The translations under genes and the position numbers were made by a program. A DNA stretch of 64,000 nucleotides. It comes from Epithemia pelagica. Taxonomy: Eukaryota > Protista > Bacillariophyta. The stretch is taken from the NCBI GenBank assembly GCA_946965045.2, contig OX337238.1, positions 310,001 to 374,000 on the forward strand. Reading direction: 5' to 3'. Within the stretch, counting starts at the first letter, position 1, and the number at the start of each line of letters is the position of its first letter. The notes beneath the pieces are model-generated. The model searched no databases. It was not told the origin of the DNA and saw nothing but the letters and a program-made list of their open reading frames with translations. Shown here one piece after another: positions 39,860 through 50,795 of this stretch.

Positions 39860-41491
39860 TCAAGTTTGTGGGTCTGCTGGACTCGGAGAGGATGGTGCCT
39901 TGTAATACAGGCACTTGTTTTTGCCCGGAAACCCCAGTGTCGTTGTTTGTATACCGTGTCCGGTTTCGTTTTTTGGTGACAATTCTTGCGGGTGTTGCAA
40001 CAAGAGGCGGTGACCCGTTTCGAGCAAGTACTCGCAAAAGTCGTGGTAGGATCGCACCACAGTACCATTGGTGCGTCGTCGGGTGGCAAACAAATCCGGA
40101 AACACACAACAGGGAACAATGGCCACGGAAACCTGTTGTTGCTGTTGCAAGGCCACGGTCCAAATGTCTTGCGTGCATTGATCGGCATGCAGGCCGACAA
40201 TGCACGTGTGTTGTTGTACCAAGGTTTGGGTGCGTTCCATATGTTGGCGCAGTTGCTGGTCCAGTTTGTGGGGGGAGGACGACTGCAACGACGAAGAGGA
40301 TAATGAGGATAGGACCGAGGCGGACGGCGTTCCATCACTCGTCGCGTTGGGATTCTTCTTGGTTTCGTCGTCGTGGGGGGCGAGAAAGTACCCATGGAGA
40401 TAGTCTGGCACCGGTTTGCCCTGTTTGATCAATCGTTTGAAACTGGACCGCGGCGGTTTGCGTTGGACGGGATCCAAAACGGTACAGGGAATTCCGGCCA
40501 AGGCGGCCAATTGCAGCGACAATTTGCCCTTGCCGCCCGCCACATCCAACACTCGATCCGTCCCATCCAACCGTAATAAATTCGCCACGATCCATTCCGC
40601 AAACACGCGGTACGTTTGCGCGCCCCCGCCCCCATGTCCTCCTTCAGTTTCGGCAGGGTTGTTTTCAGTAATAGTTTGTGATGTAGATTGCGGTAGTAGG
40701 CCGTTGGGAGCAGGGACAGAGGGGGCGACTGTCTCCTTGTCGTTGTTAGCGTTGTTGGTTGGAACATTATTTAGTTTCTTCTTCTTGTTGCTCTTGACCT
40801 GATTGAAGTTGCATCCCATGCGTTCGGACACGGCTTGATGGGCCTCATGTCGAGATTGAAGGTAAATTGAGGAGGAAATGCCTCCTCCTCCTTCTTCTGC
40901 TTGTAATCCCTCTTTTAGTTTGGTAGCCAATTCGAGTGCTTCTTGTCGAGGATTGGTCAAGAGTTTCCATTCCAACACGGTCCACTGAGTGTTGTTGCAG
41001 CTGCTGTTGCTGTCTGGATGGTGGTTCTTGTGGTGGGTGGTGGTGGTTTCTTCTGGTGGACCAGGACGACAACACAAGACTTGGAGTTGGGCACCAAAGG
41101 GGAGGGCCGCCTTTTTGGTGGGAAATTCTTGGGTACGGACCGATTGGCGTCGAAACATGACCGAAATCATGGTGTGGGTCGTTTCGGACTCTCGTTTCTT
41201 CGAGTCGACTATTGCTGTTGTGGTTGTTGCTGGGTCACTTGTAGAGGAGGACACGGACGGAGGAACGGCCGACAGGAGTTGAAGATCGGCAAAGGCCAAC
41301 GATCGACCCATGCACCGTCGACGGACAATGAATCCACAAAACCATGTTGCGTCTTCTTCTTGTTGTGGCTGTTGTTGCTTGTTGGCATGCTCTGGTGGTT
41401 CCGGGTCCTCCTTTGGACCATCACCTCCAGACGTCAAAGTGGTCGTCGTAGTTTCCGCATGGTCAAGTATTCGTCTTTCACTCCGCTCCAT
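39860..41491 (-). CDS. OB-fold plus class I methyltransferase-like protein (Trm13 / Methyltransf_32-like)
   Basis: WFCGFIVRRRCMGRSLAFADL (OB-like); RVLDVAGGKGKLS, TVLDP, GLHADQCT, AIVPCCVFP, SYHDFCEYL, FPGKNKCL. The ORF is open to 41563. Confidence 0.75.
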   Translation of the reverse strand: MERSERRILDHAETTTTTLTSGGDGPKEDPEPPEHANKQQQPQQEEDATWFCGFIVRRRCMGRSLAFADLQLLSAVPPSVSSSTSDPATTTTAIVDSKKRESETTHTMISVMFRRQSVRTQEFPTKKAALPFGAQLQVLCCRPGPPEETTTTHHKNHHPDSNSSCNNTQWTVLEWKLLTNPRQEALELATKLKEGLQAEEGGGGISSSIYLQSRHEAHQAVSERMGCNFNQVKSNKKKKLNNVPTNNANNDKETVAPSVPAPNGLLPQSTSQTITENNPAETEGGHGGGGAQTYRVFAEWIVANLLRLDGTDRVLDVAGGKGKLSLQLAALAGIPCTVLDPVQRKPPRSSFKRLIKQGKPVPDYLHGYFLAPHDDETKKNPNATSDGTPSASVLSSLSSSSLQSSSPHKLDQQLRQHMERTQTLVQQHTCIVGLHADQCTQDIWTVALQQQQQVSVAIVPCCVFPDLFATRRRTNGTVVRSYHDFCEYLLETGHRLLLQHPQELSPKNETGHGIQTTTLGFPGKNKCLYYKAPSSPSPADPQT

Positions 41492-41639
41492 TGTCGTCCT
41501 TTTTTGAACAAAGTATGAGAGTCTATAGTCTAGGAGTATGTCCATATATCCTATTATTGTCAATAGCTAGAGGTAGAGGGTAGAGGTAGAAAAAGTACTG
41601 ATTACTGAGAACTCCTTGCACTCCTAGACTACTCCTGGG

Positions 41640-41873
41640 TGAGTACGAGTACTCAAATTGGAGCACTTGAGTACTTTCGAGCACGTGCTGAGTACTCTTG
41701 AGTACTCAGTACTCCGGGGTGCGGCGAGTACTACAATATGAGTACTCAGCAAGTGCTCAAATTTGAGCACTTGAGTACTCTTGAGTATTGAGTACTCTTG
41801 AGTACTCTTGAGTGTAGAGTACTCTTGAGTATTGAGTAGTCAGTGCTCTTGAGTAGTCAGTACTCTTGAGTAC
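41640..41873. repeat. GAGTACTC/GAGCAC palindromic-motif array
   Basis: About a dozen AGTACT hexamers plus the perfect 22-bp palindrome aagtgctcaaatttgagcactt at 41751-41772. Confidence 0.85.
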
Positions 41874-41955
41874 AACACGTCTGGCAACATTCCAGCTTCC
41901 GCGAAACCATGCTCACAGAACAAAACAATCCATCCACAAAACACAAGGCCACGAA

Positions 41956-44900
41956 ATGAATGCCACCATGGAAGAATCTGCTCCCTCTGGCATGCGCCAA
42001 CAGCAACAACAACAACAACAGACTTCCATGATACCAATGGCCACTCCACAAAAAGGAACGCTTTCCAAAAACCAACGAAAACGAATTGAAAAGGGCAAGG
42101 TATGAATCCATGACCACGAATCATGACATTGGAAAATCAAACTCGAAATTTCTCATTTTTATTCAATTTACATGAATGTATTCTTGTCCCTAGACCAAGG
42201 AGAAGAAGGAAAATCCACTCTGGAACGAGCCAAAGCTCAAACTCAAGACAACGCAAGACGCAGCATCCGACAATGATGGTGGGAAGGGCCAGCCATGTCC
42301 CTGGACTGAATTTATCGTCACCACTCCCAGGGGAACCAAAAAGGATGTAACCAAGACCGAACTGGCCCGTCAGTACCACCCCTTGTCCGTGGAAGCGTCT
42401 TGGCAAGACTGGTGGGAAGCCAAAGGATTTTATTCCAGTGAGTGCCACGCCGCACGATATTCTTCATCCTCCAATCCGGACCAACCACATACGGATGACC
42501 CCTTTGTCATGGTGATTCCACCACCCAATGTGACAGGATCCTTACATCTCGGCCATGCCTTGACCATTGCCGTGCAAGATACCTTGATTCGATGGCATCG
42601 AATGAAAGGTCACAACACTCTCCATGTTCCTGGTACGTAAAGCATGGTTGCGCCGCAAGGTGCCGATCTGTCCTTCCCAAACAATGAAGAAGGGCCAGCA
42701 CCTGGAAATCTCTGACTCATAGTTGGTCGTTTCTCTGTTCAAACATGTATAGGAACGGATCATGCCGGGATTGCCACGATCTGGGTCGATCGGCCTTTGT
42801 GGAAAAGGTGTGGGAGTGGAAGGCCACATATGGCGGTCGCATTACCCAACAACTCCGGAGATTGGGGGCGAGTGTGGATTGGACCCGCGAACGTTTCACC
42901 ATGGACGACATTCTGTCCCAGGCAGTGGTGGAAGCCTTTAATCGATTTCATGAAACGGGTATTTTGTACCGCGCCAAGCGCATTGGCAACTGGTCGTGTG
43001 CACTCCGCTCCGCGATTTCAAATATTGAGGTGGATCATCTGAATCTCGAAGGGACTACGTACATGGAAGTAAAGAGTCATCCTGGAAATGCACATCATCC
43101 TCATGGGTGGTACGAATTTGGAACCTTGACTTCATTTGCCTATGAGTTGGAGCATGGAGACAACAATGACGGCACACAACCATCGGTGGCAACAAGGATT
43201 GTGGTAGCGACGACGCGCCTTGAAACCATGCTGGGCGATTCAGCGATTGCCGTGCATCCGGATGATCCAAGGTACCAACATCTTCATGGCAAATATGCAA
43301 TACATCCATTTGACAAGGACCGTCGGATTCCAATCATTACAGATGCTTCACTTGTGGACATGTCGTTTGGAACGGGAGCTGTGAAGATTACGCCATCCCA
43401 TGATTTTAACGATTACGAAGTGGGCATTCGGCATGGCTTGGACTTTATCAACATTCTCGCACCCGACGGCTCGATCAATGAGAACGGTGCACCATTCACC
43501 TCGATGATGCGATATGATGCACGTATGGCAATTGAAAAAGCTCTCAAGGAAAAGGGGAAATTCGTGGGCAAGGAACCGCATACAATGACGCTGGCCATTT
43601 GCTCCCGTTCCGGTGATATTTTAGAGCCTATTGTGACTCCCCAATGGTATTTGAACTGCAAGAATATGGCTCAGAGATCCGCAGACGTTGTGCGAGCTGG
43701 AAGGTTGAAAATTATCCCATCGAATCCACACGAAAAGACATGGTATCATTGGTTGGATAATATTCAGGACTGGTGCATTAGCCGACAACTCTGGTGGGGA
43801 CATCAAATACCAGCCTGGTTTGCCACGCGAAAGACAGAGCCTCGTCTTGACAAGATTGATATCAAGAACAACCATCGTTGGATTGTGGCCCGCAGTGAAA
43901 CTCAAGCAAGGGAAAAGGCACAAGAGCTTTTGGGATGTGACAAGGACGAAATATTGCTGGAGCGTGATGAGGATGTGCTGGATACATGGTTCTCCGCAGG
44001 TTTGTTTCCATTCTCGGCCATGGGCTGGCCAAACGATACGGAGGATATGAAACGTTTCTACCCAACATCTCTTTTGGAAACTGGTCAAGATATTCTCTTC
44101 TTTTGGGTGGCTCGCATGGTGATGATGGGTCTTGAATTGACCGGTTCTTTGCCCTTTCATACAGTGTTTTTACATTCCATGGTGTGTGACAAAGAAGGGC
44201 GTAAAATGACCAAATCCAGAGGGAACGTGATTGACCCTTGGATGTGATACATGGATCCTCCCTCAAGTTTCTACAAAACCGTCTCGATAGCAGCAACCTT
44301 ACTCAAGAGGAAGTGAGCCGTGCCAAAGCAACCTGTGAAAAGGAATATTCCGAGGGAATTCCAGAGTGTGGAACAGATGCACTGCGATTCGGACTTTTGG
44401 CGTACACAGCTCAAGGCGGAACCATCAACTTGGATGTGAAACGGATTTATGGGTACCGAAAGTTTTGCAACAAAGTGTGGCAGGCTGCTCGCTTTGCTCT
44501 CCTGAATTTGTCTGGCTTTGAACCACCGTCATGGTTACTCCAAGGCAACTGGCATGAAGCTGTTAAAATCTCCACAGAGCACCGAGATAGATTTATCCTT
44601 TCACGTCTCATGCGAGTGGCTGAAACAGTGAATTCCAGTTTAGCAAGCTACAAGATGGGAGACGCCCAACAAGCAGCATATTCGTATTGGATGGATCATT
44701 TGTGCGACACGTATATCGAACTGGCCAAGCCCATTCTACGGGATGAAAACCCAGAGGTACGATGGCCCGCACAAACAACACTGTGGATGGCGCTGGAAGG
44801 AGGTCTTCGATTGCTTCATCCCATGATGCCATTTGTGACGGAAGAACTTTGGCAACGACTTCCTGGTAGAGGTACGTTAGGCACAGACAAAGGAGAACCA

Positions 44901-45460
44901 GAGACAATCATGCTGGCACCGTATCCAGAGCTTCTTCAACACCTCCTCGACCCTGAAGCGGAGATTGCATGGCAGAAACCCTCAAGATTGTTCATGCCTG
45001 TCGGTCACTCAAGGATTCAAATAATATCCCTGACCACAAGCCCACCAAGTTTCACATCATTACCAACAGCTCAACCATCACTGCGAAACTATCTGACCAT
45101 CAAACAAGAGATATTAAAACCCTTGCTCGCGCATCTGATATTCAACTTCATTCGGAAAGTAATCCATCACTTCCCTCAGTTGTGGGAACCATTGTTCTCG
45201 ATGAAAAATTCACTGTTTTGTTGGACTTGGAGGACACGCTGGATATGCAATTAGAACTCCAGCGACTGGAAAAGGCTCTCAAGGCCACAGAAGACCAACT
45301 GGAAAAGCTCGGTAGGAAACAAGCTCTACCGTCTTATGAAGAAAAAATGCCGTTGGATATTCGAGACATCAATTCAAGAAAGATGGATGCCTTCACCAAG
45401 AAAAAGAAAGAGCTGGCAGGAGCAATTGCCAGCTTTGAGCGGAAAGTGAAAGCTGGTTAA
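41956..45460 (+). pseudogene. VARS: Valyl-tRNA synthetase gene with three frame disruptions (introns 42100-42193 and 42633-42752)
   Basis: [102 protein letters not shown]. Frameshifts at about 42775, 44238 and 44967. Confidence 0.88.
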
Positions 45461-45524
45461 GGAACTCAACGTTTCGTGAGTCATAGCTGCTAATTGTATT
45501 GTCTTGTTTTGCTGGATGATTTAT

Positions 45525-45941
45525 CAACACTTTTCTGCATAGAATCTCGCTGTGTATAACCGCGGCAGCGGATCGACTTGTGGAGGCATATTTTGTTTGT
45601 GTGTTGTTCGTGGTTGAGCGTTGAGCAGCATGGATCTCCGATGGGAGTCGAACTGGGGTAAAAGTGACTCCAAAGTCGACGTACCCAGAGTATCTCCAGA
45701 AGCAGATCCAAAGTGTTCGCGTTTCGGGTCCAACACTTTTGTGCATAGAATCTCGCTGTGTATAACCGCGGCAGCGGATTGACTTGTGGAGGCATATTTT
45801 GTTTGTGTGTTGTTCGTGGTTGAGCGTTGAGCAGCATGGATCTCCGATGGGAGTCGAACTGGGGTAAAAGTGACCCCAAAAGTCGACGTACCCAGAGTAT
45901 CTCCAGAAGCAGATCCAAAGTGTTCGCGTTTCGGGTCCAAC
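45525..45941. repeat. Near-identical tandem duplication, period about 206 bp
   Basis: The unit beginning caacactttt recurs at 45525 and 45731 and ends with caac at 45938-45941; few substitutions and a 1-nt indel. Confidence 0.9.
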
Positions 45942-46438
45942 GCAGCAAGACAACTGCTTTCTTCTCCATGGAAGACGGAAGGATCCTACGCGCACAACTC
46001 AGATGCATACCCTCGTGCCCTCTAGCTAGCTAGGGAGAGAAACATTACCCATTGGTTTTATTCTTCCATCCAAATAGTTTGAGATGAACCAATCTACCTA
46101 CTTACCGAGGTAGTCTACGTACAGCGCTCCTCGAATGTTTGGTAATTTGGTCTCTTCTATCTTTATGGCAAGGGGAGGTATCTAATTGTTTTTACTTTTT
46201 TTTTCAAACGGGCAGCGATAAACTAGAAAAAGACATTCTTCCTTTTTTGTGGACCATTGTTTCAAGTCGTCACTCAAGCCCCAACAAACGTGTCACTTCC
46301 TACATGGTTTATCGTATTTTATGAAATCCTTGTAATGCAGACATGAAAGTACATGGAGGGAATTCGATGCGTCAAACAATACGCGCAGGGTCTTTTTTGT
46401 TGTTAGCAGTAACGACGGTACCCTCCCCTTGTATTGTA

Positions 46439-46858
46439 TTATCCCACGGATGGCGTTCCCACAACGTTACCCGCTTCATCCACGAAAATGCGAACACGAT
46501 CTTCCCGATAGTCCATCGTCACCATGGATCCATCCAGCAGAATATCCACTCGGGTCAAGGATGGATTTTCCTTGATGATAATTGCCTTGGCTTGCTCTCC
46601 CGGCATTCCCACCAATTGGGGCCATTTGGTCGGAAATGGTTCCGACATGACCGAATCAGATTCCGTGGCAATGAGATCCTCCTCCACTACGTCTGGCAGC
46701 TTTAGGCCCGTCGAATGGTTGGGTTGTAGCGAGAGTAGGGCGGATACAAGGACACCACACAAGGCCAACACGGCAATTACAATGGTTCCACGGTTGAGCC
46801 ACTTTTTCGCTCTCCAAGTCTTTGTACTAGAGTCAATTTCACTTTGTTCCAACGGCAT
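46439..46858 (-). CDS. Membrane-anchored potato inhibitor I family (MEROPS I13) serine-protease inhibitor, P1 = Met
   Basis: TM IVIAVLALCGVLVSALL followed by TKWPQLVGMPGEQAKAII..GSMVTMDYREDRVRIFVD..TPSVG. First ATG at 46858; the frame is open to a GTG at 46972. Confidence 0.85.
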   Translation of the reverse strand: MPLEQSEIDSSTKTWRAKKWLNRGTIVIAVLALCGVLVSALLSLQPNHSTGLKLPDVVEEDLIATESDSVMSEPFPTKWPQLVGMPGEQAKAIIIKENPSLTRVDILLDGSMVTMDYREDRVRIFVDEAGNVVGTPSVG

Positions 46859-47243
46859 TTTGAAGAGCCACACTCTCTTCTCTTTGCTTTTGTTTTGTCT
46901 CTTGACAAAATCGTTTGATTGCTGTTGCTGCTGCTCGAAACCCGAGTTGGGAATCGTGCCAAAATGATGCACCGTTAGGGTTCAGGTTTATGAATGAACC
47001 CTCCGGTACTGATGCGTGTACACTACATAGACTTTCTATATACCGGTAGATGTCTATTGGGCCTTATGAAGGTCTGCAGTTTTCCCACGATTTGCATTCG
47101 CTCGACGTTTGACTGCTTCATCATCATCTGCTGCCTAATAATATGGCACGACCGATATGGAACTCTCATGGTACATTTCTTTGGAACAGTGACAAGGAGG
47201 ACCACCCTGAATTCTAGTACGGCAACGTTGTCGACGAGACTGG

Positions 47244-47783
47244 ATGATGCCGAACGACGACAACAACGACAACGACAAACCCAAAAGTCTCGACCAGGAT
47301 GACGTGGAGGAATCCACCAACCATGAGTCCACCAGGACAACGGAACTGTCCGACACCTCTTCGTCGTCGTCGTCGTTCAGGAAACGAGAGCACTGCAAGT
47401 TCAAGCGCCTGACTGTGATTGTGGCCCTGGTGGCTTTCCTCGTGTTGGTTCCTACCGTGCTATTCGGAGTTTTCTATTCGTGTCCTGGCAAGGGGAGCAA
47501 TGATTCATGGACCACCAACAACGTGACGGCAAACGAGACCACAGCATCTGTTCCGACCTTGACGGACGGCACTACGAGTGACTACAAGACCCGGTGGCCA
47601 GAATTGGTGGGCAATACAACTGGAGAAGAGGCGGTGGTAACAATTCGGGAGCAAAATCCAACCCTGACGCAAGTGCCCATTCTGTTGGATGGAACACTGG
47701 TCACTCGAGAATGGGATGGATTGCGCGTCCGCGTCTATGTCGACACAATGGGTTTTGTCGCACGAACTCCGGCCGTCGGATAA
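47244..47783 (+). CDS. Membrane-anchored potato inhibitor I family inhibitor, P1 = Arg
   Basis: TM LTVIVALVAFLVLVPTVLFGVF followed by KTRWPELVGNTTGEEAVVTI..GTLVTREWDGLRVRVYVD..TPAVG. Confidence 0.85.
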   Translation: MMPNDDNNDNDKPKSLDQDDVEESTNHESTRTTELSDTSSSSSSFRKREHCKFKRLTVIVALVAFLVLVPTVLFGVFYSCPGKGSNDSWTTNNVTANETTASVPTLTDGTTSDYKTRWPELVGNTTGEEAVVTIREQNPTLTQVPILLDGTLVTREWDGLRVRVYVDTMGFVARTPAVG

Positions 47784-48284
47784 GAGATCGAGAGAGAAAA
47801 AACCGAGCAAGGACTCTAGTAGATTCGTGTACACTGTAAGGGACGTCATGGAATCCATTCTCTTGATCAATCACCATTTCACTTTGGTATCATCGCTTGG
47901 ACGATTGAATTTGTCGAGTCTAGTTGATGGAACAATGTCGTACTCCTATCTAGGCCGTACAGAGAAAGGGATCTTGGGTAGGTTTCTTCCCATGCGCGCG
48001 ATTGAAGAGCGTTCAAAAGGCGACAGAATATGCGTCGGATGTCGCAGGAGACGCAAAAAGGTCATAATTCATGTAATAATATGCTCCAATGGCATTGGCA
48101 TTGGTCTCTGGATCCATGTCAAAGACCGAGACCGATTCTCGACATTAATAGGTAATAGATGATCCTCTCGCGCACACATGAGGATAAGAGAGGCAACTGC
48201 TGGCACAACCACCGAGAGCGCTCTGAACCCGACGACGACGTAGTATAGTAGTACTGTATCACCACCACAAAGAAGAGGCGGAGC

Positions 48285-49139
48285 ATGAAGGAAAATTACG
48301 AAACCTGTTTGGTGGGCGACAACTGTGTGTTGGTCCCCTATCGCCCCTGTCACGTGGAACAGTATCATACCTGGATGCAAAATGCAGCTCTCTTGGAGGC
48401 CACTGGATCCGAACCCTTGTCCTTGGAACAAGAATATGAAATGCAACAAACGTGGCGTCGCGATCCACACAAGTGTACCTTTATCGTCTTGGACAAGCGC
48501 CGTTGCAATTTTCAAGGCGTTCCAATCGCCACAACCACCATAACTCCAATGGACCAGACAAACGTCCCTAATTCGAGTCCGGAATCGGTCAGGACGCCCG
48601 CACTAAATGACGAGACGATTGATTTTATCCAAAGCAATATAAATGCCATGGTGGGTGATGTGAATCTATTTCTGTCCGAAGAAGAAGACAGTGACGTGGA
48701 ACAAGTGGAGGATACTGTTGCCGATCCTAAGGATCCAGGACCCGGCCATGGTCGGCGTATGCAAGCCGAAGTAGACATTATGGTTGCCGAACCAGGCGCT
48801 CGTGGACGAGGCATTGGCAAGGAAGCCACTTGTTTAATGATTCAATACGCGACAGTCGTGATGAACATTAGACGCTTCTTTGCCAAAATCAATGCCACCA
48901 ATACAGCCTCCCGTGCCCTCTTTCAACAGAGTCTGAAATTTACCGAATGCGACTTTGCCGAATGTTTTCAACAATATGAATACGAACTTCGACGACGACC
49001 ACCACTACCACCCCGGAGTGGTGCGGAGAACCTCGATCCACCCGAGGCGCAAGCGGAACACAGTATGGATACCATTGATGAGTGTTTGGGGGGAAAGGAG
49101 TTGGTGTCGTTTCAGTGTACAGCAGAACCTCAAGACTAA
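48285..49139 (+). CDS. NAT9: N-acetyltransferase 9-like GNAT
   Basis: VLVPYRPCHVEQYHTWMQ..LEATGSEPLSLEQEYEMQQTW..DPHKCTFIVL, MVGDVNLFL, EVDIMVAEPGARGRGIGKEA. Confidence 0.9.
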   Translation: MKENYETCLVGDNCVLVPYRPCHVEQYHTWMQNAALLEATGSEPLSLEQEYEMQQTWRRDPHKCTFIVLDKRRCNFQGVPIATTTITPMDQTNVPNSSPESVRTPALNDETIDFIQSNINAMVGDVNLFLSEEEDSDVEQVEDTVADPKDPGPGHGRRMQAEVDIMVAEPGARGRGIGKEATCLMIQYATVVMNIRRFFAKINATNTASRALFQQSLKFTECDFAECFQQYEYELRRRPPLPPRSGAENLDPPEAQAEHSMDTIDECLGGKELVSFQCTAEPQD

Positions 49140-49332
49140 CGTCGTTCCGAAAATGCATGACTCGTGTCGATCCAACACGACATCTGTTCGTGTGGAGTTT
49201 GAGAGGGCCGTCGTCATGACACGTGTGTGGTGGCGCAGAGGCCGTCGAGTACCCAAAAGCTCATCAGACGACGGAGAACTAGGTAGATACCCTCTCATTT
49301 GAAATGTTGGTTGGAGGTTGAGCCCATATGGC

Positions 49333-49500
49333 GCTGAGGCTTTGGCATTCCGTTCGGTCCGTCTCCAAAGTGAATATCACGTTCCTGTCGCTGAGGCCTT
49401 GGCGTTCGGCTCGGTCCGTCTCCAAAGTGGATATCACGTTCATGTCGCTGAGGCGTTGGCATTCCGTTCGGTCCGTCTCCAAAGTGGATATCAGGTTCAC
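49333..49500. repeat. 57-bp tandem repeat, about 3 copies
   Basis: gctgagg starts at 49333, 49390 and 49447; the minus strand reads NVISTLETDRTECQRLSDM-like 19-aa units. Confidence 0.85.
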
Positions 49501-50072
49501 TACATCCTTTCCGGCCAACCGACACACCACTTCTGGATGTCGATATCCTTCGAATGGTTCTCTCATCAACAATCATTCTGTCAGGACGACTACAAGAGTG
49601 TTCCCTTCGTTCTCTGCCTCTCAATCAGTTTGTTTTGGGCGCAACGTTCTCCTCTGGTCGGAACGTGCTCCAGAATCTCAGCTCTGGTCGGAACGTGCTC
49701 CAGAATCTCAGCAGGCAATATAGAGGGTTGCAGCGTTTCGTATCACGTCACTAAGAGCGATACAACCATCTATCACGCCACATGTACAAGTAGACAAGAG
49801 GGATTCTAAAAGCCAAGAAATTAGGAAATGATTCTAATAGCGCCAAACTATATTGAACCATCATCATTTCTATGCAGCAGCAGCAGTTGAAAGCGAACTT
49901 CGAGAAAAAGTGGAGAGGAAAGGGATTGTAGTTTGAGGAGGGGAGGACTGAAAGAGAGGAAGATGGAAGCAAGCCATGCAATGGATGAAGGAATATTGGC
50001 TCTTGATATATCTATATGTAAGTAAAAGGAGTGCAGGAAAAGGTGAAGGCAGCAAAGCAAGAGTCGCAAGGT

Positions 50073-50795
50073 TCATAGACAGTCCGTGTCATCCGCCAAC
50101 ACGGAGGCCGCGAAATCTTCGACATCTTCATCGACCACATCCATTCCGGTAAGATCGACACTCGGATTGGATATCTCATCGGTATCATTCTCGACGCGGA
50201 GCGTATTGCTCTCACTGCTGTTCTTGTCGTTGTCGTTGTTCTTGTTCAACAACAAGTGCTCTTGAATGGTAATGCTGGATCGTTCAATTTGCGTCAATAT
50301 CGTCGCCAAGCCGGCACGTTGTCGAATGTGCGGTTCGAGAAACTGCCGGGTGCGCATACTGGCTTGCATGTAGGTGGCAAGCTGGTTTCTTCGATGTTCG
50401 AGTAATTCTTCCAACGAGTTGGCAAAGAGCTCGGGGGCAATCGAGGGATCTTCGCTTCCCACGACCGAGGAATCCAACAAGAGTTCCTGTTGAATAATGG
50501 GATCGTTGTCCAGTAACATGGCCGGGGGAAGCATGGAATATCCTTCCAAACTACTCGAATCGGGCCAATCTTCCATGTCCATCGAGTCGTTCGTTTCAGT
50601 CATGTTTGTTTCGGAAGGATCCATCGACAGTCGTTTGGTCAAGGGATCCTTCGCGTTGGTTTCATCCGCGTCTTTTTGGGCGTGTTGGTCGGGCAAATAG
50701 TCGACCCATTGACATAGGTGGTGGTCCATGCTGGCGCTGCTGTCACTCACAACCGAGGGTTGTTGTGGTTGTTGATACGGTTGTTCTTGTTCCAT
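50073..50795 (-). CDS. Hypothetical protein (240 aa, acidic, C-terminal helical region)
   Basis: ATG-initiated ORF with a plausible composition; no family recognised. Confidence 0.55.
   Translation of the reverse strand: MEQEQPYQQPQQPSVVSDSSASMDHHLCQWVDYLPDQHAQKDADETNAKDPLTKRLSMDPSETNMTETNDSMDMEDWPDSSSLEGYSMLPPAMLLDNDPIIQQELLLDSSVVGSEDPSIAPELFANSLEELLEHRRNQLATYMQASMRTRQFLEPHIRQRAGLATILTQIERSSITIQEHLLLNKNNDNDKNSSESNTLRVENDTDEISNPSVDLTGMDVVDEDVEDFAASVLADDTDCL

Noticed and set aside
41640-41873. CRISPR-like or tRNA-like structure
   Set aside because: Irregular spacing of a short palindrome; no spacers and no cloverleaf.
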